A DNA stretch of 63,999 nucleotides, counting the filler, from Stramenopiles sp. TOSAG23-6 (lineage: Eukaryota), in assembly GCA_900128565.1 (NCBI GenBank). It is 11 parts of 11 records of this genome, joined end to end, with 100 filler letters (N's around TTAATTAATTAA, not from the genome) between each part and the next. Parts side by side here need not be neighbours in the genome. Positions count along the whole stretch, not along the records: positions 1 to 5,816 come from LT636826.1; positions 5,917 to 11,729 come from LT636827.1; 9 more parts are not named here. The stretch is one strand, 5' to 3'. Positions 1-9,968 of this stretch are shown here, piece after piece (the first letter of the stretch is position 1; each line of letters begins with the position of its first letter). A program made the position numbers and the translations under genes. A model generated the notes under the pieces. It was not told the DNA's origin and searched no databases. It worked only from the letters and a program-made list of their open reading frames with translations.

Positions 1-48
1 CTCAAAGCAAATATCGTTCAGAACAGGTCATGTGTCGTAATCACTCCC
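1..48 (-). ncRNA. 5' half of a second intronic box C/D snoRNA (SSU rRNA guide, snR56/U25-like), truncated by contig end
   Basis: In prohibitin intron 2 (GTAAGT donor at 97): C-like GTGATTA (44-38), CTGA (21-18) preceded by complement of SSU AACAGGUC-UGUG with one bulge. Confidence 0.6.
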
Positions 49-97
49 TATAGTTATCCTTATGAATACAATGTCTTGCTCAAATAATGTCACTTAC

Positions 98-709
98 CGT
101 GCGTCAAAGTCTGTACCAAGTGAATCCCAGATTGTAGGCAACATTTCCTTTCTAGGACGGCTAAGGACGCGAAGAGTAATATTAACATTCTGAAGATCTT
201 TAGTACCTGTAACAGTACTAATATTGTTTGGGCGGGTGCGCACATCAAACTCAACTACGTCCTGTTTTATTGAAAGTATGGATAGGTAAACGTCATAGTT
301 AGTTAAAAGTGTATAGTAAAAGAGAATACAATAGAAGTGCGGATCGGGAGACATTTGAGACGCATGGAACAATTCCTTTATTACCGTGTCAGGATTAGCA
401 TGAAAATTATCATCGTCAGATCTAGCGAAGCCCGCTAGTCCGCAAAACATATACATCATTCCCGGATAAAGAAAAATAGGACACATGACAGAAATATGTA
501 CTTTACGTAAGAAAACTTACCCATAAGAAAGGAACCTTAAAATGTGTACCTTCTCCGTATACCTTCTGTCGAATTCCACGGATTTTATCAAATATAACGA
601 CGCGTTTACCAGCATCAACATCAAATAAACATTGCTGTGAAAGCGCTATGCCACCGCCGATTCCGACAGCGGCCTTTGCAANATTTGTTAATTGTCTAGA
701 GAGGCTCAT
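98..709 (-). CDS. PHB1: Prohibitin (SPFH/band-7), 5' part; exons 709-521 and 261-98, continues past contig end
   Basis: LFDVDAGKRVVIFDK..GEGTHFKVPFLW|DVVEFDVRTRP..TGTKDLQNVNITLRVLSRP is typical prohibitin after removing GT-AG intron 262-520. Confidence 0.93.
262..520 (-). other. Canonical GT-AG intron (259 nt) of prohibitin, hosting a snoRNA
   Basis: GTAAGT donor, AACTAAC branch point, AAACAG acceptor; removal gives in-frame PFLW|DVVEFD. Confidence 0.9.
384..465 (-). ncRNA. Intronic box C/D snoRNA, predicted dual guide (U6 A53 and an LSU rRNA adenosine)
   Basis: C box ATGATGT (459-453), D' CTGA (419-416), C'-like ATGATAA, D CTGA (392-389), CCG/CGG terminal stem; D guide complementary to U6 GAUUAGCAUG, D' guide to LSU AUCUAGCGAA. 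Confidence 0.8.
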
Positions 710-959
710 TCTATAATATATTGGAGAACACTCTTAGTTTGTGTTGCGTTCTGAGAACACGAGGCGACACTTTCGTCGGACTTTGCCATTTTTTAGCNGG
801 NTTTNGCTCTCACTACACGAAATATCGTTTTTTTTCGCTTAGGGTTAGGGTTTTGTAACGGTATTTTTAAGACTTGCTTCAAAACCTTTTAAGCTTACTT
901 CATTCATCTAAACTATCTTAGTTTAATACAATAAAGCTTATATTGTAATTAGCAAAAAG

Positions 960-3641
960 ATGGCACGCACAGGTAAACCTGAAAGCAATGACGAAGATTT
1001 TGATGAATCAAGAGACGGTTCCTTCTCAGATGAGGAAACAGAGATGACTACACAAGAGGCTCAAAGAATACGGGAGATCGGTGCGCATCCCATGCTTCAA
1101 GGNGTTCAGGAGAAGTTATTAATTCAACTCAAAACAGAACAAGATCGTCTTGATGTTGAACTTCGTGACAAAATTGAAGGCCTCAAACGCATGAAGAAGG
1201 CCCGTGAGGATACCGGTGTCGCATTGTATTCAACTCAGCAGCAATTGGCAAAGTTACAGCTACAACTNGAGTCAACTATAAAGGAGCACGCAACTTTGGC
1301 TCAATTTCGCCTGGAAGCAGAAAAACAAACTCTTGTTGACCAAAANACTTTGAAAGGGCTTNAAANGGATACGGAAGTTGAAGATCGCAAACTACAAAAG
1401 CAACAAAAGGAGCTTGATAAACTTAATGTGACCATTCACCAGTGCGAGAAGTATAACGAAAGTATGAAAGGTGAAATTTCGGTCGTCAGGCGAGCAGCGT
1501 ANAAAACAGAAGAAAATGTTGGAATTGCTGAAAAGAAGAAACAAAGCCAAGATGTTTATATTGATGGACTTAATGAGAGAATCAAGACGACTCGTGAACA
1601 NTATGCNTTGTACAAAGCTCAGTTGGTTTCTCAGAAGCAGGAAACAACGGCTGCAACAAAAACTCTTCTCGAGGCTTTCAAGGAAATGGAAGCAATTGAA
1701 TTTGAGAAGAAACAATTGATGGCGCAATGGCGTTCGTCTCTTATTGGAGTCCAACGACGAGATGAAGCATTGTCTGCAACTCATGCTGCTGTTGGAAAGC
1801 AACTCGAACAAGCGAAATCAACGCATAGCGAAACGAAAGGAATCGCAGTCAACATTAANCAGGAGCAAACCAAGAATGAGAATCATACAGCTGCCCATGA
1901 TAAAATTATTAATGAAATTTCTTTCTTAAAGAAAGAAGTTGTTAAGCTTCGTGTTACACGTAAAAAACTTGAAGAACGCTATGGCATGTTAAAGAAATCG
2001 CTTGAGCAAACAGACAAAGAAGGTTCCAGAGTTGAATTGGAGAAGAAAAATCTTTTAGACCAAATAAANAACGTGACACAGAGCATCAAGCTTGTTAATG
2101 ATGAGCGACAAGAAATTGAGGATGGTATTGCACTAAACAGAAGTACACAGACAACAGTGTCAAAAGCAGCACAAAATCTTGCAAAAGATGAAGTGAAAAT
2201 TCGGCAGCTTGTCCACAAAAAAGAGAAGGAGATGACAAAAATGGAGAATGAGATGTCACGAGCAAAAGTTGACACATTAAACACCATAGCTCATAACAAA
2301 CAATTACGAAGTGACCTGGACAAGTTATCGAAGAACTTGAAGGAGAAAGATAAGTTGATTGAAAAGTATGATCTTGAGATTCGTCAGNGGAATGATCAGG
2401 TAGAGAAAAAAATGTATATNGTTGATCGATTAAACAGAAAACTTGAAACACTGGCAAAAGCAGGTGTTGTTGATGAATCAAGTGGACCTTTAGAAGCCAC
2501 AATTCTAAGCCTGGAAAAGGATATAAGCGCTAGCAGANTCGAACAAGGAAAGATTCAGCGAAGGTGGCTTNGGGATCAAACTGAACTTGTTAATGTGACT
2601 GCGAATGCTGAACAACTGAATACTGAAATCCATAGAAAAACGAGTGAGAAGATCATTGTTGAACAAAGAGAGCTCAGAGTTGATCGGGCGATTAAGCTTG
2701 CCAAGGATGAGGTGAATGCATTACGTAAAGAAATCAACAACATGCATGGTGGAATGACTCGCTTGAATACTTTAATAGCATCGAATACGGATTTGCAAGC
2801 TAAACTTGCGTCAACAACGTTTAGCATGGAAACATCTTTTGTTGCTGAACTGAGGGAATTGGAATCGGCCTCTGTTGCTCGTGATTCGAAGGTCAGAGAG
2901 TTGGTCAAGGCAAGGAAACAACTTTTGGAGGACGTGGCGGAAACCGAGAGACAATTACTTTTGTGGAAGAAACAGTACGCATTAGAAAAAGAGACACAAG
3001 ATGCTCTCGACCCTACAGTTGGTGTTGGCGAAGGAGCTAGTATGAGAAAAGAAATCCATCGAATGAAGTTGAGATATACAACTCTAAAACGTGAACANGA
3101 AAAAATGATTGAAGAAATGGAACTTGCGATTGAAAAGCGCGAATCTATTGCCACTCGAAATCGTGGTCGTCATCACACTGGTTACACTAAACAAACATTG
3201 ACAAGACGACTACATCAATTAGAAGCTATGTTACAAACGACTGCGAAGGACACAAAACGTTGTAAAAACATGCTCGTGGACAANGAGTCTGAGATAAGTA
3301 ATGTCTCATCAGAATTAGAAAAGGCTTGCAAAGAGCAAGATAATGCAGATGCTGCAGTATCAGAAGTNCAACAGCGCATTAACGACGTATTATACGAAAA
3401 ACAGAGAATTACTGATGGTATCACGATGTTGCAGCGAATGCATCGCCGTTATAAGAATCTAGCTGATGGAAATGAGCCAACGCCTAGAGAAAATGGAGAG
3501 CCAGATGGAGGTTTAATTGAAGCAGANGCTCAAAAAGCGGCAGTCCTTCGATGTGTTAAACAATTACAATTTGAATACCCTCAATTTTCAGAAGTGTTGT
3601 CTCGAGTAGGAGCACTGACTGATGTTAGTTTACCCGTTTAA
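960..3641 (+). CDS. CCDC40: Coiled-coil domain-containing protein 40 (axonemal 96-nm ruler, FAP172-like)
   Basis: 893 aa coiled coil with HPML..VQ..L, REDTGVALYSTQQQLAKLQ and MRKEIHRMKLRY motifs; intronless. Confidence 0.85.
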   Translation: MARTGKPESNDEDFDESRDGSFSDEETEMTTQEAQRIREIGAHPMLQXVQEKLLIQLKTEQDRLDVELRDKIEGLKRMKKAREDTGVALYSTQQQLAKLQLQXESTIKEHATLAQFRLEAEKQTLVDQXTLKGLXXDTEVEDRKLQKQQKELDKLNVTIHQCEKYNESMKGEISVVRRAAXKTEENVGIAEKKKQSQDVYIDGLNERIKTTREXYXLYKAQLVSQKQETTAATKTLLEAFKEMEAIEFEKKQLMAQWRSSLIGVQRRDEALSATHAAVGKQLEQAKSTHSETKGIAVNIXQEQTKNENHTAAHDKIINEISFLKKEVVKLRVTRKKLEERYGMLKKSLEQTDKEGSRVELEKKNLLDQIXNVTQSIKLVNDERQEIEDGIALNRSTQTTVSKAAQNLAKDEVKIRQLVHKKEKEMTKMENEMSRAKVDTLNTIAHNKQLRSDLDKLSKNLKEKDKLIEKYDLEIRQXNDQVEKKMYXVDRLNRKLETLAKAGVVDESSGPLEATILSLEKDISASRXEQGKIQRRWLXDQTELVNVTANAEQLNTEIHRKTSEKIIVEQRELRVDRAIKLAKDEVNALRKEINNMHGGMTRLNTLIASNTDLQAKLASTTFSMETSFVAELRELESASVARDSKVRELVKARKQLLEDVAETERQLLLWKKQYALEKETQDALDPTVGVGEGASMRKEIHRMKLRYTTLKREXEKMIEEMELAIEKRESIATRNRGRHHTGYTKQTLTRRLHQLEAMLQTTAKDTKRCKNMLVDXESEISNVSSELEKACKEQDNADAAVSEXQQRINDVLYEKQRITDGITMLQRMHRRYKNLADGNEPTPRENGEPDGGLIEAXAQKAAVLRCVKQLQFEYPQFSEVLSRVGALTDVSLPV

Positions 3642-3835
3642 AATGATGATGTTGTGTAAGTGTTTATTATTAAGNTTAGGGTTTTGTAATTGGTTATATA
3701 TCTTTCCCACTGTAGAAAACTTGNGGAAGTGCGTATGCCTATTGAANCTTTTGTAAAAAAATGAATATAATAGTATTATAATGTAAAAAAAAGAATAAAA
3801 TACGATGTAAAAATATTTTGTATATAATTTTATAT

Positions 3836-5452
3836 TTAACCTTTGACAACAGCTACTGGGCGCAATTTAACTACTTTTTTCGATAATCCTGAATCGTGNC
3901 AAGTATCTACAACCTGTGTCACATGTATTTTGGAAAAATATTTCAACAAAAAAANTGTTAGGTANAAAATTTTCNAANAAAANAANCCATTGGAATTTGA
4001 AAAAAAATAAAACATACATCTTTATAACTTTCTGGTGCTTCCTCCATAACTAACTTTGGTGATGCNACTCGAATTGAAATTCCTTTTTTTTCTAAATTTT
4101 CTAAAACATCCTCATAATTNATTATACGCCGACTTTTTGCTCTACTTAAAGCGCGCCCTGCGCCATGACNAGTACTNCCCCCATNTTTNTTTCNTNCNTT
4201 CAGCCGTACCTGTCAGCACATACGAACAAGTGCCCATCGTTCCTCCAATTAGCACAGGTTGTCCAGTAAATTGATAATCAACTGGAATGAGTGGATGATG
4301 AGGTGGAAAGGCGCGAGTTGAGCCTTTCCGATGTACAAGAAGCTGTTTTGGTTTTCCGTGTACCATATGTTGCTCTATCTTTGCGATATTGTGTGATACA
4401 TCATATATAAGGTGCATGTCTAGATCNTCGGCAGTAGAATCAAACATTTTAGAAAANGCTTGACGTGCAAGAAATGTCATTGATGATCTATTCACCCAGG
4501 CATAATTTGCAGCAGCAGCCATTGCCTTCAAATATCGTTGGCCTTCTTTGCTTTGTATTTTTGCACAAGCTAATTGTCTATCATTGGTTTCAATATTATC
4601 CCGGACCATGGCTCTTTCCATTTCAATCAGTGAATCCGTTGCGACTTGATGCCCAAGTCCTCGACTACCTGAATGGATCATGACACACACCTGGCCTTTA
4701 TTATATAAACCCATTTTATTTGCTGAAAAATCATCATATATTTCATCAACCACTTGAATTTCGCAATAATGATTTCCTGCACCAAGTGTTCCAAGTTGAG
4801 GTAGGCCACGTTTTTTTGCACGACTCGAAACACAATTTGGATCAGCATTTAGCATCCGGCCATTTTCTTCACAATGCTCCTTATCCTCGGCCCATGCATA
4901 TCCTTCCCGGAGACTCCAATCCATTCCTAATTCTAAAGCGTCATTTAGATCATTAGCATTTGTCGGTATGATACCTCTGCTTCCAACACCAACAGGAATA
5001 TGATCGAACAATGACTGAGTCAATTTGTCCTTCTTNTCACACAGGTCTTTTTCATGAAGATTTGTTCGTAAAAGCCGAACACCACAATTTATATCAAATC
5101 CAACTCCTCCAGGAGAAACAACAGCGTTAGGGTCATCCATATCAAATGCTGCTACATTTCCAATGGCGAAGCCATATCCTGAGTGTATATCTGGTAAACC
5201 AATTGAATGGCCGACGATGCCCGGAAGTGCGGCAACATTTGATAATTGTTTTACTGCCGGAAGGAAGCCCCCGAAGCCTTTTGCATCGCAATGAAATCGC
5301 AGTTCATCCATCATCAGAGGTTCTAGTACAGAATTCACATAATAAAGAGCAGGCACTACCATATTTGGAACAAAACCCTTCTCAATGCGATACATGTGGC
5401 CTCCTACATGACTTATAAAAGCTTTTTCTTGTTCAAACGTTCGCCTCGGCAT
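3836..5452 (-). CDS. RTCB: tRNA-splicing ligase RtcB; intron 3923-4017; apparent frameshift in N-rich 4166-4200
   Basis: [36 protein letters not shown] and C-terminal EEAPESYKD|VTQVVDTx[11 protein letters not shown]. Confidence 0.97.
3923..4017 (-). other. Non-AG family intron (95 nt, GTATGT...AAAATACAT), phase 0
   Basis: Removal gives YKD|VTQVV; TACCTAAC core; AT on both flanks. Confidence 0.88.
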
Positions 5453-5816
5453 TTGAGTTTGTTCTAATCGTTATTATTGCATTCAATTGTATCACAATAT
5501 AGAATGGAAAAGGCCAATATGCTTGTGGTTCCAGAAGTTGATGTTCCTTCAAAGATTTGAATTTAATGCAAATTGAATATTATTTGGATGACAAAGTGCG
5601 AGAACAAATCCGAAATTGACTCGAGAGAGAACGTTCGAATTTTTTTTTGACCCCGAAAAATTTAAATTATACTAGCGCTAGGGTTGGGGGATTTTTTTGG
5701 GAGAGCGGATGATATTCTAAATCATACTTATAATATTACAGTAGAAAGTAGATACAGCCAATTTTTCCAACATAAATATCACATTTTTATTTTTTTATGG
5801 AATAGTAGGATGAGTT

Positions 5817-5916
5817 NNNNNNNNNNNNNNNNNNNNNNNNNNNNNNNNNNNNNNNNNNNNTTAATTAATTAANNNNNNNNNNNNNNNNNNNNNNNNNNNN
5901 NNNNNNNNNNNNNNNN
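5817..5916. other. Artificial contig spacer; also at 11730, 17638, 23534, 29426, 35318, 41210, 47097, 52983, 58868
   Basis: Identical 100-nt N-padded TTAATTAATTAA linker with stops in six frames; flanking contigs unrelated. Confidence 0.98.
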
Positions 5917-5969
5917 TACGAAATTTTGTACCTAACGATTTTTTTTTCAAATATTTTTCCAAAATACAT
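5917..5969 (+). other. 3' part of a non-AG family intron at contig start
   Basis: TACGAAATTTTGTACCTAACGATTTT...AAATATTTTTCCAAAATACAT then in-frame exon IIDGAKK. Confidence 0.8.
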
Positions 5970-6755
5970 ATAATAGATGGAGCAAAGAAATTTGCAAAAA
6001 CTGGAATTGCAGAAAGTGCTGCAACTGGAGAGTCAGACCAATACAAATTCTTTACATCTATTCTTCGAAAACATGTACATTTTCATTCATATTATGAATG
6101 TGTATTAATTTCTTTTTTTGTAAAAACAAATCGTACCTAACGATTATTTTTTTTCGTAAAATTTCGTGTTTTTTTCACAATATATGGAGTCCAAATAGAA
6201 GAAGAGACCAATGCACCAGTAGAATTTACACCTGGAATCCCGGGACCAAGTGGACCAAAAATTATTCTCCAACCTGCTTGCGGTGTTACTATTGATGAAT
6301 TATGTTCTATTTTTCCTGATCCTAAATCTGTCAAAATCAGTGCTCAGTCTACTTTAATCATCGGTCGAAAAGCGTCTATTCGCAATTTTAGTCTTGATGG
6401 CCATTTTTGTGTTTTACCTACAAATCTTGAAGAAAATGGAACATCTCAATCAAGAGAAACGATTTTGGAAATTAATGATTTGACTGTAAAAAATAGAGGA
6501 TCAAAATTTGTTGCATTGACAAAAGTAGAAATGAACGATCCTTCCATTCCTGAAAATTTAAAAATTCGTGGGTATAAGCTTATTGTTGACGAATGTGAAG
6601 TGTTTTGCTTAGGAGAGAAGAAGACTAATGGTGACATTGTTAATCGTAAGCGAACTCTAGAACCTGTGATGGGAGAGAAGTCATTGAAACGTCAAAAAAG
6701 CGACGAGGGCATAGACACGAAAAATGCGGTAGTGAATGGTCAAAGTGTACAGTAA
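5970..6755 (+). CDS. USP: UDP-sugar pyrophosphorylase, C-terminal part; exons 5970-6074 and 6186-6755
   Basis: ESAATGESDQY..ILRKH|GVQIEE..ISAQSTLII..IRNFSLDG..DPSIPENLKIRGY resembles plant USP C-terminus. Confidence 0.8.
6075..6185 (+). other. Non-AG family intron (111 nt, GTACAT...CACAATATAT), phase 0
   Basis: Contains in-frame stop; CGTACCTAAC core; removal gives ILRKH|GVQIEE. Confidence 0.85.
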
Positions 6756-6947
6756 AGAAAGAAAAAGTAAAAAGATAAATTCAATAAATTGTTTTTGTTA
6801 TTTTCCATTTGTTTTTTTTTTTATTCAATAAATTGTTTATGCTGTGGAAGTTCTCCAGGATGATTTGGTTAATGACTTGGCACATATTGGTACAGGTACT
6901 TTCCTTAGATATTGAACTAATGAATGAAATAGAAATTGTTTGACATT

Positions 6948-7042
6948 AAAATCATACAACAATACTTCGAAATTAAAAAAAATCGTTAGGTACAAAATTT
7001 CGTACGAAAAAATATTCAAAAAAAAAATCATACAACAATACT
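6948..7042 (-). repeat. Atypical family copy downstream of the DUF676 gene, bracketed by a 19-bp direct repeat
   Basis: Core TTTCGTACGAAATTTTGTACCTAACGATTTT on minus; AAAATCATACAACAATACT at 6948-6966 and 7024-7042. Confidence 0.8.
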
Positions 7043-7146
7043 GTACAATAAAATAGATTTTTAACATCTTTTATTTAATTTTATGTGCAATTTTATGTGC
7101 AATGTATTTACAATAAATAAACCTTTTTGTGCAATAGAATCGAATC

Positions 7147-9720
7147 TTATGCTCCACTTTCAATTCCAGGTGTTGTCGGTATGGTAAATGCAGAGTTTAC
7201 TAATGCATGTAAAGGCATTTTTGTTGTGTTGCCCTTTTCAGACAATCGTGCAGGAACAATAGCCGTAGATGGATCTTCCTGAATATCTTTTTTTTGATCA
7301 ACAGGTTCAATTTGTTTCACGGTCTTCGGATAGGATGGATCTTCCTGAATATCTTTTTTCAATACAATTAGTAAACCCTCAGTATATTCGAGAAGTTGAA
7401 TAAAGTCGTGTCTGCTTTGCATCCACATCTTCACCATAAATTTGGCTTCGTCTTGCATTTGATTAATGAGTTTGTAGAAATTATACATCTCTGTGCTTAA
7501 ACGATATCCCTGGCGAAGCATAGGCATTCCATGCTCATACACAACACCAGCACTCGTCCTTACTGTTTTTACAGTATCTTTAAGCGCCGCTAATTTGGCA
7601 ACTAATGTATCCATATCCTGTACAAGTTGATATGTTTCATTCAAAACTTCTTTTGCAACATTCATTCGATCTACGAATGCCGCGGGTCCTTGATCTGCAA
7701 AATCAAGAGCTACCATACCAGCACTAAGAGGATTTGATAATGCAGTAACTGATTCGTACATACTCTTTGCTTTCATGTAGGCATTTTTTACTTTAGTGTA
7801 CTCTTTCTTTATGTCCAAGCAAGCATTTAGGACTGGTACAAAATGACTTTTAAGCTCTACAGTGTGTTTAGCAATTTTCTTTCCGGTTTCAACTGATTTC
7901 AATGTCATCTTATGCATTACTTTCACAGACTTCATCATTGTTTCAGTATCTTTTACAAGTTCATGCATTGAATTTGGAATTCCCACAACAGCTTGGCCAA
8001 ATGTCATACTTTCAGAGACATTAGTATCGAAATTATGTCCTGCAACGTATTCGCGCCAAACTTTCAACGTTAACGCAGCGTTGTTTAATGACTTGAGTCG
8101 TGCACGATACTTGGGTAATGTATCATCTTTGACACGATAAACAACTATTGCATTAGATTGATTTGTTTCTTGCTGAAGATTATAATTTATTGCTTGTTCA
8201 ATTGCAGCTTGTATAACATCAGCAGCTTTTCCATTCAATGGCGCAGTTACAGGTTTCGTCAAATGTTCAACGGCATGTTTTGGTACATCATTTAATAGAA
8301 GATCGGAATGTGCATTAGCAATCCAATTATTATAAACAGTATCAAATCTTATCCATTGAATGCTTTGAAGTTGTCGTAACATTCCTTTCATTACATGAAT
8401 CATTTCTTTAGATTCTGTACTGTACAAACTAGATATATCGGCGTCCTTCAAAACATCATTTGCTTTATTTAGGGAATACATTGTGATATGCGGATAATTC
8501 TTATCTGTTGCTGATGATGCTTCAAATTGACGACATCCAGGGAACCAGCCACGTGTCACTTGAGTATATGGATTAATTCCTCGAATAGATGCAGACTTAA
8601 GTGGAGCAGCATTATCATCCATCCTCACATTTGAATACAGCACGCGATTCTTAAATAATTTCAATGATTCGATATAATGATGGTTAGTCATTGTTGCCAA
8701 TATAGGTTCATCATTATCACCAGTATTATCATCTAAGTGAAGATCAATGGTAGTTTGCTGTCTCCATCGTTTTAGAGAAAAGAACTTAAAGAAGGTTCCA
8801 TTCCAATATTTGCCACGTAATCCCAAGTGAGGTGAAGCAAAAGTAACAAAGTTTACAGGAATAATGACATTGAATATATTCATTCTATTCAATTCGCCAA
8901 TAGCATATCGGATGTACAGTCCACCAATACCATGGCCGATGAATGATATATGAGTCAATAGTGGCATTTTATCCAAAACATGTAATATTTCACTTACAAG
9001 ACGATCACCTCCATTTTTGATCCCATCATCAGTAAGGCCTTGACTCATTTGAGCAATGTACACATAACTACCATCACCAGCCCCAGACGTAAGTTCTGTT
9101 TTTACTTGATCCCAATGATTTCTGGACGAGTCACGATCTGGCTGACATACAACGAGATGACTTGAGACAAGTCGAGTAGTCGATTCGGCAGCTGAAAAAG
9201 CGGCTTCACGTGCTTTATCATTTACTCTCATTATCTTTGCTTTCTCTGCCTGAATCCTTTGGTCCAAAACCCAACGTATGCGTTGTTTTTTAAAGAATGC
9301 ATAACCGTCATTAAGAATTTCTGCAGCTCTTGCATCGTCTGCCGCTTTCTTGGCTTGAGCTGCCGCTTTCTTGGCTTGAGCTGCAATACTTGTAGCTGTG
9401 TGAGCAGCCTTCGCCGAGGCCATTCCTGCATCTGTACCGATATATTTCTGCCATGTTGAATAAGCGTATCCTTTCACTGTCTTATTATTATAGTCTTCGC
9501 CATCTTGGACGATGTTTTCCCGCATTTTCTTCAACTCTTTCTCTTCCTTGATTAGCTGTTTATACCTTTTTTTCATTTCTCGTCTCTTACGATTAAAAGA
9601 AGCTCCTTCGTTACGAGATTCGTTACTGTTCACCCGGCTGTTAATCCCACCGGCATAACATCCTGTGTCAATGACACAGAAAAATGTCAAAAGCACGAAT
9701 ACAGAACGTAGTACTTTCAT
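7147..9720 (-). CDS. Signal-peptide DUF676-like alpha/beta-hydrolase with helical C-terminus; probably catalytically dead
   Basis: HISFIGHGIGGLYIRYAIG, NFVTFASPHLG, LKLFKNRVLYSNVRMD; hydrophobic N-terminus. Confidence 0.8.
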   Translation of the reverse strand: MKVLRSVFVLLTFFCVIDTGCYAGGINSRVNSNESRNEGASFNRKRREMKKRYKQLIKEEKELKKMRENIVQDGEDYNNKTVKGYAYSTWQKYIGTDAGMASAKAAHTATSIAAQAKKAAAQAKKAADDARAAEILNDGYAFFKKQRIRWVLDQRIQAEKAKIMRVNDKAREAAFSAAESTTRLVSSHLVVCQPDRDSSRNHWDQVKTELTSGAGDGSYVYIAQMSQGLTDDGIKNGGDRLVSEILHVLDKMPLLTHISFIGHGIGGLYIRYAIGELNRMNIFNVIIPVNFVTFASPHLGLRGKYWNGTFFKFFSLKRWRQQTTIDLHLDDNTGDNDEPILATMTNHHYIESLKLFKNRVLYSNVRMDDNAAPLKSASIRGINPYTQVTRGWFPGCRQFEASSATDKNYPHITMYSLNKANDVLKDADISSLYSTESKEMIHVMKGMLRQLQSIQWIRFDTVYNNWIANAHSDLLLNDVPKHAVEHLTKPVTAPLNGKAADVIQAAIEQAINYNLQQETNQSNAIVVYRVKDDTLPKYRARLKSLNNAALTLKVWREYVAGHNFDTNVSESMTFGQAVVGIPNSMHELVKDTETMMKSVKVMHKMTLKSVETGKKIAKHTVELKSHFVPVLNACLDIKKEYTKVKNAYMKAKSMYESVTALSNPLSAGMVALDFADQGPAAFVDRMNVAKEVLNETYQLVQDMDTLVAKLAALKDTVKTVRTSAGVVYEHGMPMLRQGYRLSTEMYNFYKLINQMQDEAKFMVKMWMQSRHDFIQLLEYTEGLLIVLKKDIQEDPSYPKTVKQIEPVDQKKDIQEDPSTAIVPARLSEKGNTTKMPLHALVNSAFTIPTTPGIESGA

Positions 9721-9968
9721 TATAAAGTTGTATTTCGATAAGTTTTGGTTTGCGCAAATTTATGTTATGCATGCGCGGCGAAGAAGAAGCTAGACTGAGT
9801 CACTGTGAGTTCCTCGCAAAAAAAAATTTTGGTAGCAAATTTTACATATTTCTTTCTTTTTCGTGTTATGCGAAAAATTTTGACTAAAAAAAATTTTTTT
9901 AGTCAAAAAAATCTTGACACAACGCCTTGTCAATTAATTCAAAGTACTTTCGCATTTCTTGAAGAAAA

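Noticed and set aside
94-486. 130-aa ORF as an independent gene
   Set aside because: It is prohibitin exon 2 read back through the snoRNA-containing intron.
1392-3424. Antisense and alternate-frame ORFs over CCDC40 and other genes
   Set aside because: Shadow ORFs without recognisable motifs.
3921-4019. U12-type AT-AC interpretation of the family
   Set aside because: No RTATCCTT donor or TCCTTAAC branch; the AT-AC register fails at several loci while GT is nearly constant.
4166-4200. RtcB frameshift or pseudogene (also RWD gene 25915-25960)
   Set aside because: Shifts lie in N-rich low-quality stretches and conserved sequence resumes after them.
3836-5452. RtcB as the ligase for the odd introns
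   Set aside because: RtcB is a ubiquitous housekeeping gene and looks ordinary; co-occurrence is uninformative.
5817-5916. Regularly spaced TTAATTAATTAA palindromes
   Set aside because: Synthetic six-frame-stop linkers; adjacency across them is meaningless.
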